Source: Eledone cirrhosa
Lineage: Eukaryota
NCBI GenBank assembly: GCA_964016885.1
Contig: OZ024742.1
Coordinates: 313,596,001 to 313,660,000, forward strand
DNA: 64,000 nucleotides
Reading direction: 5' to 3'
Shown: one piece after another, positions 25,644-39,256 of the stretch
Position numbering within the stretch: position 1 is the first letter of the stretch
Layout of the letters: each line of letters begins with the position of its first letter
Program-made: the position numbers and the translations under genes
The notes under the pieces: generated by a model
Databases searched by the model: none
Told to the model about the DNA's origin: nothing
What the model saw: the letters and a program-made list of their open reading frames with translations, nothing else

Positions 25644-26481
25644 CAATCAAGTACAGGGTCGATATAATTGACTTTCCTCTCCTCACTAATTGCTGACTTT
25701 GTGCCTGAGTTAGAAATCCTTATTAGGGCAGTGGATTGATAGAATAAAGAACCTGTCAAGTACTGAAGTTATTTTAATATTGTTTCCCTTCTCTCCAAAT
25801 TACTGACTTTGTGTTCTCAAATTAGAAATCATTATTTCTATGTCAGCATAGGGTGATAGATTGGCAGTATCGGTAGAGCGTCAGAAAACATGCTTTGCAG
25901 CAGAGAGTTATGGCCCATTATGTTCTGAGTTCAAATCCTGCCGAGGTTAGCTTTACCTTTCATCCTTACCGGGTCGATAAAATAAAGCACCAGTAATGCA
26001 CTGGGGTCAATTTAATTGACTTTCGCCTCTCCTTCAAATTACTGGCCTTGCGCCTAAAGTAAAAACCATTATTTCTATGTCAGTATATTGTGGAGTGAAT
26101 ATATGTGACTTAGTGGTTAGACATGATTATAAGATTGTGGGTTTAATTCTTGGACTGGCCAGTTCCTTGTGTCATTGAGTAAAATCTTTCATTTCATGTT
26201 GTTCCAGTCCACTCAGCTGTAAAAGTAAAATGAGTATTGAATAGCACCTGGCCCAGGGAAGTTCCTTTTCTTGATAAGACTGGGACTGCTATCATTAACT
26301 CTTTTGATACCAACCTTCCCAAGGTGCTGCTTGTTCTATGAAACAACCATCCATTTTAAAGGGTTCCTACTTAAATTAAGGCTTAATAATTTTATTAAGA
26401 ACATGTGTATGTTATAAATATCAAAATATCATCTTAATGAAATCATCATTTTTGTAAATTCTCAAATTCTTAATTAATTAC

Positions 26482-26710
26482 TTAACCCTTTAGCATTTAC
26501 ATTACTCTATATATACTATTGTATTTTTGTGTTAAAGGCTTTATTTTACACACTTATCTCACATAAAATCAAATTTATGAGATTTTGATGTTATTTATTT
26601 TGAGAACAATACCTTAATGTCAGTATGAGCAGCTAGTTATGACCAGTTTGAACAGAAAGAGTTCAGAGAATTCTGGCCGGATATGGCCGATTTACATGAT
26701 AAAGGGTTAA
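26482..26710 (+). mobile_element. piggyBac-like MITE
   Basis: Same family; TTAACCCTTT...AAAGGGTTAA. Confidence 0.8.
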
Positions 26711-27009
26711 AATACAGAGTATTTCATTAGAAATATGGTAGCAGTAGGTTTAAAACACTCAAGAAACGTCCTATAAAATGCAACCTCGTAGGAGGCCATC
26801 TTACTTACATAGGTGTGAGCTGTAACAATTATATGTATGTGTGGCTTTTGTTGATAATAAATTGCTGACATATTTTTATATGAATTGCAATAACAGGCGT
26901 TCCTCTTTTAGTTTAGTGTTTATGTTGTTTTGTGGTGTGCAATTGGAGTCTTCTAACTTACTGATTCATTAATTACTCAACCATAAAGACAATGTTACCT
27001 ATTTTCGCA

Positions 27010-27127
27010 GCTCTCTCTCTCTCTCTCTCTCTGTGTGTACATATATATGTGTATATATGTGTGTGTGTATATATGTATGTGTGTGTATATATATATATGT
27101 ATGTGTGTGTGTATATATATATATATA

Positions 27128-27170
<43 letters not shown>

Positions 27171-27217
27171 ATATATATATATATATATGTGTGTGTGTAT
27201 ATATATATATATGTATG

Positions 27218-27290
<73 letters not shown>
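27010..27290. repeat. Compound (CT)n/(TG)n/(TA)n microsatellite
   Basis: Direct reading; explains the many YI/HT/VC pseudo-ORFs. Confidence 0.95.
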
Positions 27291-27296
<6 letters not shown>

Positions 27297-29353
27297 CATG
27301 TTACTCTCATCATTACCTGTGACAAAAAAAAAATGCTGTTTGTGAAAATTATCAGTAGTGTAGGTTGTGGTGATGGTTGTGATGGTAGTAATGGTTGTAA
27401 TGGTGATAGTGTTTGTGTTGTTGTGATGATGGTGGTGGTAGTGGTTGTGATGGTAGTAGGATTTGTGGCATTAAAGATGGTGGTAATGATGATGGTTCTG
27501 ATGATTGTTGTTTATATTGTTACCAAAATGATTTTAGTGGTAAAAAATTGGGACACATGAAAAGAGATCAGATTCAGTTTTTCTTTGTAAAATGAGAAAT
27601 TAAAGTCATTGACGCTTTTTGTGTTTTTATAGATGGTTGTGTGTGTGAATGTGCGTGTGTGTATGTATGTGTGTGTGTATGTGTATGTGTGCCCATGAAC
27701 ACATATGTATGACATAAAATCAGTGAAATTTAACAGCCAGAAACTGTGGTAATCTCTCAGATAGATTGTACCTGTAATCCAAAGACCCAGTCTTGTCACA
27801 TATCATGTCATGCTGGTTCAGCTTTAGAATTATGATCAGGATACACGTGTCTGTGGAATCCTCAATCACTAACATCATTTGTTAATTCACAAGTTGGATA
27901 CTTAGTAGATTGAACAAATGTATGCACATCATCAAAACCAGTGGAGGACCCATCATCAGTGTTATTTTAACTTTTAACCCCATTTACCACATAAGCAGCG
28001 AATTGGCAGAGTTGTTAGAACATCAGATAGAATGCTTTGTGGTATTTGATCAAGCTCTCAGCTCTCAGAGTTCAAATCCTGCTGAGGTCAACTTTACTTT
28101 CATTCTTTTGAGGCTGATAAAAAAAAGAACCAGTCTAGTACTGGGGTTGACTCTTCCTCTATGTCTTTTTCTCACTTCTGGAAGAAATCTGCTATGTTTT
28201 CAGACCTGGAGAGGAGATGGGCTCTGCCAGGTTTTAAAATGCCACAAGAAATGCTGTATGTTAATATGATGCCCCTACGACTTTATCAGGAGTTACAGGT
28301 CCATACACACCATATAAAACCACATTTGCAAGACATTCTTGTAAAGTACAAAATAGCACAACTGCTGCATCACATTAAAAATTAAATTTTTTATTCTAAC
28401 ACTGCAAATGTTCACAATAATCTACCCACTAGTGAAATATACAAAAACATTTGAATGAACAAACCCCTTTTTAGATATATTCTGTGAGGCCATTACAGGG
28501 TGTTAAGAGTTAAAATACATGGCGTTTAACTAACTTTCAGGTTTATGTTATTCTAAATATTAATCATTGCTTGTTCTAAGTTTCTGTATCAAAGTATGCT
28601 ACTGGGAGAGACATTTTTTTTTTATTAACATTCTCCCTTATCTCTAATTAGGAATTTTATGCCAAGAGAAAGAGAAAGAGAAAGAGAGAGAGTTTTTAAC
28701 TGGTGAACACAATCATCAACTCTTACAAAAGTCTTTTAGTAAGTTTCAACACTAACTCAAAACTTTTACTGAAAGAAGTGATTTCATGTCATCAACGATG
28801 GAAGAAAAATGACTGAATTTTTCACATTACTTGATATTAGACACACAGAAGGTTTATTGTGGTCTGGCTGTTCTTGTTAGTATCAATCAGGCTAATGGCA
28901 TTTTTTTTCTTCAGTTTTTTTTTTGTATTTTTTTTTTCCATAGAACAATATCTTTGTTGTGAATACCCAAAAGGTATTTTATCAGCTAAATAAATAAAAT
29001 AAAAAATAAACTTTAAATAAAGAACTAATGTGGAGGTATCTGATTGGTTCTAGAAACCAACTAGCCCTGTATGTCTTTCTCATAGGCTATGTTTGACGTT
29101 TTCATTTTTTATTACTTATTCTATTGAGTTCTGGCTTGTTCTATATGTATATATATATACAAATATAAATTAGCGAGAATCGTATTTCGGTTAAGGAATT
29201 AATGAAAAACAACTTCCGAGATGTGTGGCAAGCGCTCAATGATTCAGATGAACCAGAGCTACAACATACGTTAAAGGCCAAACACACTGAGACGATGGTT
29301 AAACAATCATCCGCACAGCTATAAAAACGACCAAGTAATTCGGGTCAAACAAA

Positions 29354-29380
<27 letters not shown>

Positions 29381-29384
<4 letters not shown>

Positions 29385-29570
29385 GAACGAGTAGGACTCC
29401 GACGGCTGAGCTCAAGCTGTCTCGACGGCTAATTCTGGAATTAGCCGTCGAGACGGCTTGAGCTCAGCCGTCGGGGTCCTACTCGTTCCTATTACCCACT
29501 CTACTACCCTAAGTATTGAGTACTTTGGTGCATTATGGTCCACCTGGTTCCTTACCACATTTCCTTCGTT
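29381..29570 (+). mobile_element. Fold-back hairpin + tail, truncated Penelope-like terminus
   Basis: ~55-bp-arm hairpin 29381-29492; right arm has GAGAC-GGCT..AGCC-GTC (3' half of a hammerhead); tail ttacccactctactacc..gtattgagtact shared with the 38380 copy; flanked by (TA)n. Confidence 0.6.
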
Positions 29571-29669
29571 ATATATATATATAGACACACAGAGACAGAC
29601 AGGGAGAGAGTGAGAGAGACACAGAGTTGAAAATGAATGAACAAAACATAGGAGGCAATTGAACAGAGT

Positions 29670-30075
29670 TATATTAGGTTCACGCTTGGTGGAAGTGGAT
29701 GAGGAGGTTTCAATGTTTCAGATAGAAGTCCTTCATCAGGAAAGTTCGGATAGGGGAAGAACAGGAACTCCGAGAAGGAGTAAGAGGGATTTAAGGAGGG
29801 AAGTTAAAAAGTAAAAAATAGAAAGTAAAAATATATATATTTTTTTTTGCCTCCAAAATGGCTAACTGAACACACACATGCCATGTCTTAAAAAATTTTT
29901 TTTCTGTTCCTTCCACTTCTCACTCTCCTCTATCTTTCTATTTCATCTTTTGTTTCTCATTCTGTCTTCTGATGAAGGACTAGTGTCCAAAATGTAAAGA
30001 CTACTTTTCTACTATATCAAGCATTAAACTAATATATTCCTTCATTGTACTGTGTTTTTTGCTTCATTGCTTCTG
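29670..30075. mobile_element. Decayed inverted pair of Penelope-like minimal-hammerhead repeats (CTGATGAAGGACTAxTGTCCGAAAC family)
   Basis: Minus copy near 29708-29745 (CTGATGAaggacttctatctGAAAC) and plus copy near 29965-30000. Further copies at ~35455-35495 (-), ~40225-40250 (+), ~40408-40445 (-) and ~41400-41435 (+). Confidence 0.55.
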
Positions 30076-30096
30076 TTTATTTTTTGCATGTATATA

Positions 30097-30419
30097 TGGC
30101 TTAGTGGTTAGAGCATTGGCCTTGCAATCGGAAGGTTGTGAGTTAAATTCTCAGACCGGGTGATGTGCTGTTTCCTTGAGCAAGACACTTTATTTCACAT
30201 TGCTCCAGTTTACTCAGCTGTAGAAATGAGATGATAGGGACTGGGGTCCATATCATTCCACTGCAAAGTGGTCGTGGAGGTGCCACGGCAAAAAAGCACC
30301 CAGCACTCACTGTAAATGAGGTTTTTGTTAAGAAGAGCATCCAGCTGTAGAAATCAAGCCAGAATCAGTTCCCGTTCCACCCTTGCAAGCAGGGAAAAAG
30401 CGGACATAAAATGAATGAA

Positions 30420-30422
<3 letters not shown>
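30097..30422 (+). mobile_element. Full tRNA-headed SINE (family B/C composite)
   Basis: A box TGGCTTAGTGGTTAGAGC, B-box-like GAGTTAAATTCT, body TCCTTGAGCAAGACACTTTATTTCACATTGCTCCAGT, then the family B core. Reverse copies at ~18775-19100 and ~38590-38990. Confidence 0.8.
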
Positions 30423-30483
<61 letters not shown>

Positions 30484-31435
30484 CTAATTTTTTTTTTTTT
30501 TAGAAACATTGAGTGAGTTATGAATTCATTTTGAAAATTAAATTAACAGCTACAAAGGGTAATTTTGACTATGAAAAAAAGTTGTAGACGAAATAAGTGC
30601 ACAGCATCAACCGTGAGACATGAGGCCAAACCTTCTATAAACCATGCAGATGTTTTACAATTATACCAAAGTAATACTGGCCACTTCATTTTGTTTTTTA
30701 AAGCCTTTTAACAGTTCCACGGGTGATGCTGTCTACTTTTTCCTGTCTCCTGGGGCTTATATACCCAACTTAGACTATATTTCATAGACAAAAATGCACA
30801 TCATAGCCATTAACTCCAAGTTAATTTGATTTAATGTTTTTATCTATCTGTATACATACACATATAAAGAACCTTTGAAAAGGGAACACCTAGGAAAACC
30901 TGGGGTGATATGGGGAAGGCTAACCTCATACAACTCTACCTCCCAAAAGAGATGACCCAGGACTGAGAAAACTGGCGATATTCCATACAAGGAACTCTCT
31001 TTCCCATGCAAGTAGTATGATGTAGCACAAGGAAGATGGCTAACCCACCTACATCCATCCACACCAAACCTGAAAAAGCAATGAGGTGGAACAACTCTCA
31101 GGTCCTCACCTGCCAATGAAATCCTGACCTCTTTGCCCAACCCATGCTAGCATTGAAATTGATAAGGAATCTTGACTGATTCCCTGTCGAACCCTTGCAC
31201 TCCCAACACTTTCCCAGCCCAGGGAAGCCTGTTACACCCCAAAATGATAGACACCATCCATCCCCCTACTTGCCCCAAGCAGTATACAAAGCCCCCCCCC
31301 CCCCCCATATGACCATGTACACTGAGTACCTTAGTGCTGTAATGAAGTAGTGCTGGTGCCACGATGAAAAGCACCTGGTTTACCCTGTATGGTGGTAGTG
31401 TTGGGGTCATGATAAAATACTCCCAGTACACTCTA

Positions 31436-32392
31436 TAAAGTCGTTGGTGTTAGGAAAAGCATCCAGCTGTAGAAACCATATTTACAAAACATGTTGTAAA
31501 GTGGTTGGCAATAGGAAGGACATCCAGCTGTAGAAACCATATTTACAAAACATGTTGTAAAGAGGTTGGCAATAGGAAGGACATCCAGCTGTAGAAACCA
31601 TATTTACAAAACATGTTGTAAAGTGGTTGGCAATAGGAAGGACATCCAGCTGTAGAAACCATATTTACAAAACATGTTGTAAAGTGGTTGGCAATAGGAA
31701 GGACATCCAGCTGTAGAAACCATATTTACAAAACATGTTGTAAAGTGGTTGGCAATAGGAAGGACATCCAGCTGTAGAAACCATATTTACAAAACATGTT
31801 GTAAAGTGGTTGGCAATAGGAAGGACATCCAGCTGTAGAAACCATATTTACAAAACATGTTGTAAAGTGGTTGGCAATAGGAAGGACATCCAGCTGTAGA
31901 AACCATATTTACAAAACATGTTGTAAAGTGGTTGGCAATAGGAAGGACATCCAGCTGTAGAAACCATATTTACAAAACATGTTGTAAAGTGGTTGGCAAT
32001 AGGAAGGACATCCAGCTGTAGAAACCATATTTACAAAACATGTTGTAAAGTGGTTGGCAATAGGAAGGACATCCAGCTGTAGAAACCATATTTACAAAAC
32101 ATGTTGTAAAGTGGTTGGCAATAGGAAGGACATCCAGCTGTAGAAACCATATTTACAAAACATGTTGTAAAGTGGTTGGCAATAGGAAGGACATCCAGCT
32201 GTAGAAACCATATTTACAAAACATGTTGTAAAGTGGTTGGCAATAGGAAGGACATCCAGCTGTAGAAACCATATTTACAAAACATGTTGTAAAGTGGTTG
32301 GCAATAGGAAGGACATCCAGCTGTAGAAACCATATTTACAAAACATGTTGTAAAGTGGTTGACAATAGGAAGGACATCCAGCTGTAGAAACC
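31436..32392 (+). repeat. 61-bp minisatellite, ~15-16 near-identical units, derived from the SINE B core
   Basis: Unit gtaaagtggttggcaataggaaggacatccagctgtagaaaccatatttacaaaacatgtt; the pattern shifts 1 nt per 60-nt line. Confidence 0.95.
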
Positions 32393-32479
32393 TTTGTTAA
32401 TTTATTCTCCAAACACCAGATTAATAATGAAAAAATTAATTATATTAATTAATTCCTCCATATTTTTTACTATTTTCAA

Positions 32480-32672
32480 AGGTGGTGGATTGGCAGTATC
32501 GGTAGAGCGTCAGATACTGTGCTTTGCAGCATAGTTATGGCCTTTTACGTTCTGAGTTCAAATCCTGCCGAGGTTAGCTTTGTCTTTCGTCCTTACAGGG
32601 TCGATAAAATAAAGCACCAGTAATGGGCTGGGGTAATTGCTGGCCTTGTGCCAAAAGTAGAAAGAATTATTT
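32480..32672 (+). mobile_element. SINE family A
   Basis: Full-length match to the 2120-2312 copy. Confidence 0.8.
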
Positions 32673-32981
32673 TCAAGATTATTTTGAAAATCATACAGAA
32701 GTGTCTTACATTTGAAATATGGTAATGAATAAAGTTAAATGAAATTAGGAAAATCAACAGAAGTGTATCTCTACATTGCAACATTTACCACACTATTCAC
32801 ACACATATTTTATACACATACCCCCCCCCCCCTCTCCGACACACATCCGCACACACACAGATACGAGCCCCCCCCCCCAATACATACATACACATAAACA
32901 CACACACAAATGACTCTCTCACAAAAATTACACAGATACATACACACAGTTTAAAAACATATGTTAAATATCTGATTAACC

Positions 32982-33530
32982 ATGATGACTATGATGCTGT
33001 TGCTGGTCTTAATGCTGATACTGTTGTTGATATTGATGCTGATGTTGATATTGATGTTGATATTGATGCTGATGTTGATATTGATGTTGATATTGATGCT
33101 GATGTTGATATTGATGTTGATATTGATGTTGATATTGATGCTGATGTTGATATTGATGCTGATGTTGATATTGATGCTGATGTTTGTGTTGATGCTGATG
33201 TTGATATTGATGCTGATGTTTGTGTTGATAGTGATGTTGCTGATGTTGTTGTTGTTGATGATGCTGTTGTTGCTGTTGATGTTGTTGCTGTTGTTGCTGT
33301 TGATGTTGCTGTTGTTGATGGTGTTGTTGATGGTGATGTTGATGTTGATGTTGTTGATGTTGATGTTGATGGTGATGTTGTTGTTGATGTTGTTGTTGAT
33401 GTTGATATTGATGTTGTTACTGTTGTTGATGCTGATGTTGATGATGATGATGATTATTCTGTTGTTGCTGTTGTTGTTGCTGATGTTGATGTTTATAGTG
33501 TTGATGCTGATGCTGTTGTTGATGTTGATC
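32982..33530. repeat. (TGATGT/TGATGC/TGT)n trinucleotide-periodic tract
   Basis: Direct reading. Confidence 0.95.
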
Positions 33531-34371
33531 CCCAGTAAAAAAAATAGTAACACCTATCCCAGCCCCAAACATCTCCAGTGTTACATAACTGACTCTGTCA
33601 CCACCCACTCTTTTCTTTCACTCTTTAACTACTACCCCACCCAAGTTTATCTCAATTATTTTACTGAATCTATGTATATTTGTGTTTATAAATATTTATA
33701 GCCTTCTCCTCACAACCACCCTGATATGCTGGTCTCCCCCCCCCCCCCTTAACTACCCCCAACTATACTGGTACCCTCCTATCAACCACCTTATAATACT
33801 GATTCCCCCCTTCTTTAATCAGTTAACACTAGTTCCCTTTTCTCAACCACCCTTCTATACCTCTCCCCTCTTCCTAACCACCCTGTACACTGCTCCCCTC
33901 CCCCTATCCACACCACACTTCTCCCCTCCCCAACTACACTTACTACATTGCCTCCCCAACCACCCCTACTACACTGCACCCCCCCCGTCCCACTAACCCC
34001 TCTTTCTACACTGGTTCCCTCCCATCAACCACTCTGCTGTACTGGCCCCTTTTCATCTATTCTGCTTTACAGGTCCCCTCTTCCCTAATCACTCCTACTA
34101 CAACTGGTTTCCTTCCCTCAACTACCTTGTTATACTGATCACTCCTTCCCCAATCCTTAACCACCTTACCACAATGACACAGAGGAAGGCTCTTTCTGGT
34201 ATCTGCTTCTGGAGAGAAATAATGGAGTTTGTGTCATTGATCAGTGAAAATTTGGCCTGCAGCATCTGCTGTGACTATAGTCCAAACTTAGATTGGCATA
34301 TTTTGTGGCCATAGTTTGGTGACTGAAACCAGTAAAAGAATGAAGGAAGAATATGTGTCATTACATGGCAT

Positions 34372-34732
34372 ATACAGTTGTCCCCTGGTATTCATGGAGG
34401 TTATGTTCCTAGAACACGTAGAGTGAAAAGCCGCAAATATTGGACGTGGTCCATGAAAATGCCTACAAACATCAAAATATAATGTAAAATATAATTTTAA
34501 AAAAGTGACCATCTTATGCAAAGGGGCGTTGAATAGGTCGGTAAATACAGTATATTGTTATTAATAATTTAGAGTTTAAAAAATATATATATTGCCACGA
34601 AAAAGCCATAAAAAAATCGGGGAAGATATTTATGATTCCGCAAATATGCGCTGGTTTCTACGAACAATTATTAGTTAGGTTCTAAGGAAAATTCTATGAG
34701 TAACCGGACCGCAAATGTTGTGGGTACACTAT
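34372..34732. mobile_element. Tigger/pogo-like non-autonomous DNA transposon
   Basis: TA-CAGTTGTCCC..TATTCATGG left end; degenerate ..GTGGGTACACTA-TA right end; internal CCGCAAAT repeats. Confidence 0.55.
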
Positions 34733-36533
34733 ACTCATATAAAAGTCAGCTCCCTGCCATTTCTGGCCGAAAAGATCTGGAATTTTTCATATATCTTGTG
34801 TGAAATTTGACCACAAGTTCTTCATCGATAACAAACCAACATTTGCAAGGGAAGTGATTATCACTGTAACTTACAATGTGAAAATAAACTATTTTTCTGT
34901 GTTAGTCTATTATTGAAGAGCTCTTTGCAGCCTTATTTATGGCTGTTGTTACTTAGTAGGATATGTAGTTTGATGTGTAACCAATGCTGGATTAATCATT
35001 GTGTTCATGTGTGTTTAAGCACAGAGTCCCATTGGCCAGGGGAGCCCATCTTCTTGCCCCCAAAATTTTTTACCACCTTCAGGGCCCAAGTAAGGGGCCC
35101 TCATAACTTAACTAGCACAAGGCCTCATTTGTCCTAAATCCGGCACTGTGTGTAGCATCTGTATTATTACTGTAATTCATTGTTTTTTTTTTAATATCAT
35201 TTGGGCTTCTGCTACTGTAGAGTATTTGGGATTCTAGCATGAATTTGTGCCCTGAAAAGTAGTATCGATGTAATAATGAACTCCATAAATTTAACCTTAA
35301 AAATGGCCTAAAAGTTTGACATTGACATAAAAACGATGATGATAATAATAATAACATATATTAATTCAAGGTAAAAAAAGAAAGACAAATACAGAGATTA
35401 ATACAAAAAGTATTATTTATTTAACATTTGTGGGGAAAAGGAAAATGAAGTAACTTCAGTGTATCGGACATTAGTCCTTCATCAAGAAAGAGTGAAGTCA
35501 GGAAAGAGAAGAGGTTGGATGATTAAAAAAAAGCCCCCCAAAAGGGGTATATATCAGGAGGGGTTAAGTGGACAAGCATGCAGGGGTGTATGTAGTCCTG
35601 CATGGGTGTGTGTATGCAGTAGTGATGGCAGAGCAGTTTTGTTATTTAGCTATAGAAAATGGGTCACATGTGGCATATAGCGATATGTCCACCAGATATG
35701 ATGATTAGTTGTGATATAAGCGGGCACCTGCCAGATGAATAAACAACCCCGGACCAACCGGTAAACTACTAGGGGGAGATGGATCCATGAGTAACACCTG
35801 CAGCTCCCAAGAAAACTCTCACAACTCAGTGATGTAGCTATGACAAGGTGAGTAAAGGCTGCCTCTGATAAAGCCTAGTCTTTGTGGGTTTGATAAAGTA
35901 CCAGATTGGTGACTGGTGCGAATAAGACCACCAAAACTGCGATATGGTGAGAGGTACGAAAAAGAACTATACTGCATTGTCATTTAACAAGGGACACATA
36001 TAAGCCTTAGGTAGAGGGGCCTGTTTGAAAAATATATTGCAGTCTCCATTCCATGCCACAAAAACTGGCTTGTGACCTGTTCTGGGAGGCATGGGATGGA
36101 TGCACAAACATTGCGTATCCTGAGGTTAATTAGCCATTAGTTAGCCTTGATAATCAGATCTTTGATCCAAGAGATTTCAGTCATGAAAATCCTGTTTTTT
36201 TAGGGGAATGTGGGACTACACTATACAGCATTTTTTTTTTCTTATATAAAACAATAGGATGCATTTTGTGGGAGATTTGGCTGCTATTCTTTAGATGTTT
36301 GAGCAGCCGGTAGAGTTCCCTTATCCGTATTAGTGTATCTTCTGTAGGTGAAGACTTTGTGTATGTATGTCTGTGTCTTTTCTATTTGTGTTTGTATATC
36401 TATTCTTATGTATGTGTGTGTCTTTTCTATGTGTTTGTATATCTATTCTTATGTGTGTGCTTGTGTGTGTGTATGTATGTGTGTGACTTTTGTATCTGTG
36501 TTTTTGTATCTATTATGTATATACTTGTATATA

Positions 36534-36727
36534 AGGGCAGTGGACTGGCAGTATCGGTAGAGGGTCGGACGCCATGCTTTGACGCATAGAGTTACGGCCT
36601 TTGCCATTCTGAGTTTAAATCCCGCCGAGGTTAACTTTGCCTTTCATCCTTACGGGGTCGATAAAATAAAGTACCAGTAATACACTGAGATAATTGATGG
36701 CCTTGTGCCAAAAGTAGAAACAATTAT
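36534..36727 (+). mobile_element. SINE family A
   Basis: Full-length, low-divergence copy. Confidence 0.8.
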
Positions 36728-37286
36728 GTATATACTTGTATGTATGTGTGTTTGCATACATGTATGTATATGTGTTCGTATATCTATTCTTATGTATGCA
36801 CTTGTGTGTGTGCATGCATGAGTGTGTGCACATGCATGTGTGTGCACGTGAGTGTTATATATGTATGTGTGTGTGTGCACATGTGTGTATGTGCATCTGT
36901 GTATTTGTGTGTCTGTTTGAGTATGTGATTTCATGTTTGTAAGTGTTTTTGAGTGTATGGGCCTGATCTTATCATATGTAGTTCTATGTGGGATAATATC
37001 TATTGTATGATATACATAAACATGTGTGTGTGTATGTAGAAGACTGATTGCGTGACAGCGTGTGTGTATGTGTCTATGTTGAAGACTGATTGCGTGACAG
37101 TGTGTGTGTATGTATGTATATAATAGAGTAATTGCGTGACTGTGTATGTATGTAGTAGAATGATTGCATGACAATGTGTGTGTGTGTTGCTACTTTAGTT
37201 TTCCTTTGATGACTAATGCTCTCTTCCTGTGAACAAACAACATTTTTTCAACCTAAACTTTGGTTGATTGACTCTTTACTTCATCA

Positions 37287-38030
37287 ACATACACACATAT
37301 GCACACATACACACATAGGCACATATACACACATACACACATAGGCACATATACACACATACACACATAGGCACATATGCACACATACACACATAGGCAC
37401 ATATGCACACATAGCACATATACACACATACACACATAGGCACATATACACACATAGGCACATATGCACACATACACACATAGGCACATATGCACACATA
37501 CACACATAGGCACACATACACACATAGGCACATATGCACACATACACACAGAGGCACATATACACACATACACACATAGGCACATATATACACATACACA
37601 CATAGGCACATATGCACACATACACACATAGGCACATATGTACACATACACACATAGGCACATATACACACATACTCACATAGGCACATATACACACATA
37701 CACACATAGGCACATATGCACACATACTCACACATATGCTCACATAGACACATACATACAAAAACACACACACTCATAAACACATACAAACACATTATCA
37801 CTTCACACATGCAAAAACACACATGCATAAACACACAGTATCACACACAATTACAATATCACACACACACACACCCACACACTCACTCTCACATGCATAC
37901 ACACACAATAACACGCACACATACACAGTATCCCATACACAATCACACACACACACAGTATTACACACATACATTATCATCGCATATACATTATCATACA
38001 CACACAATATCACACGCAATCATATACAAA
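37287..38030. repeat. CA-rich minisatellite (cacataggcacatat(a/g)cacacataca) grading into degenerate (CA)n
   Basis: Direct reading. Confidence 0.9.
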
Positions 38031-38164
38031 GAAAGAACATATGCTAACATTCTCTTTAGCAGGAAATAGTTTGAGTACAAGATGTTAGTGAAGTAGTTAG
38101 TATTAAAAAAGATATGGATACATTTGTTGATGATGTAACTAATTAAATCATGAATATTTATGCA

Positions 38165-38216
<52 letters not shown>

Positions 38217-38379
38217 GTGTTATTGGGGCTATCCAGCCATAGAAAACATGCCAGATAGTCCTATACGACCGAGAGACGGCCACCCGACCAATCTTGCCTC
38301 AAATTGGGACAACTCCCGTCTAATCCATGCTAGCGTGGAAGATAGACGTTAAATGATGATGATGATGATATATATATAT

Positions 38380-38580
38380 AGAGATTCAAGACCCCGACAG
38401 CTGAGCTCCGGCTGTTTTGACAACTAGATCCGAACGGTTCAGATCTTGCTGTCGAAATGGCCGGAGCTCAGCCGTTGGGGTCCTGAATCTTTTCATATTA
38501 CCCACTCTACTACCCAAGCCCAAGTATCGAGTACTCTTGTGGGTTATGGTCCACCTGGTATTTTACCACACCCTATCTGA
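38380..38580 (+). mobile_element. Fold-back hairpin + tail, same family as 29381-29570
   Basis: Hairpin 38380-38492 with GAAA(T)GGC..GCCGTT in the right arm; same tail; flanked by (TA)n. Confidence 0.6.
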
Positions 38581-39039
38581 TATATATATATCATCATCAT
38601 CATCATCATCATCATTTTATGTCCGTTCTTCCACGTTAGCATGGGTTAGACAGGTTGTCCTGTTGTGGGCAGTGTCTGGTCGACTGACCTTGTCTTGCTC
38701 ATACGGGAACTGTTTCTGGCTTGATTTCTACAGCTGGATGCCCTTCCTAACACCAACCTCATTTACAGTGAGTGCTGGGTGCTTTTTTTCCGTGGCACCT
38801 CCATGACCACTTTGCAGTGGAATGATAGGGACCCCAGTCCCTATCATTCCACTGCATTTCTACAGCTGAGTAAACTGGAGCAATGTGAAATAAAGTGTCT
38901 TGCTCAAGGAAACAACACATCAGCCGGTCCGAGAATTGAACTCACAACCTTTCGATTGTAAGCCCAATGCTCTAATCACTAAGCCATGCACTTTCACATA
39001 TCTATCTATCTATCTATCTATATATATATATATATATAT

Positions 39040-39158
39040 ATAAAACTGACTATATATTCATATATATAACTGACCATATATTTATATATACAACCGACCA
39101 TATATTTATACAATTGATCATATATATATACAACTAACTGTATATTTATATACAACTG

Positions 39159-39195
<37 letters not shown>

Positions 39196-39214
39196 TCATT
39201 ATATATATGGTCAG

Positions 39215-39256
<42 letters not shown>

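Noticed and set aside
26973-27560. YI/HT/CV repeat ORFs
   Set aside because: Dinucleotide microsatellite artefacts; the same applies to 32951-33701, 36348-38069 and 41778-42139.
30097-30172. tRNA gene
   Set aside because: The tRNA-like head runs directly into a SINE body that recurs in the window, and the acceptor stem and B box are degenerate.
31436-32392. CRISPR-like regular array
   Set aside because: Units are identical with no unique spacers, no cas genes are present, the context is eukaryotic, and the unit derives from a SINE.
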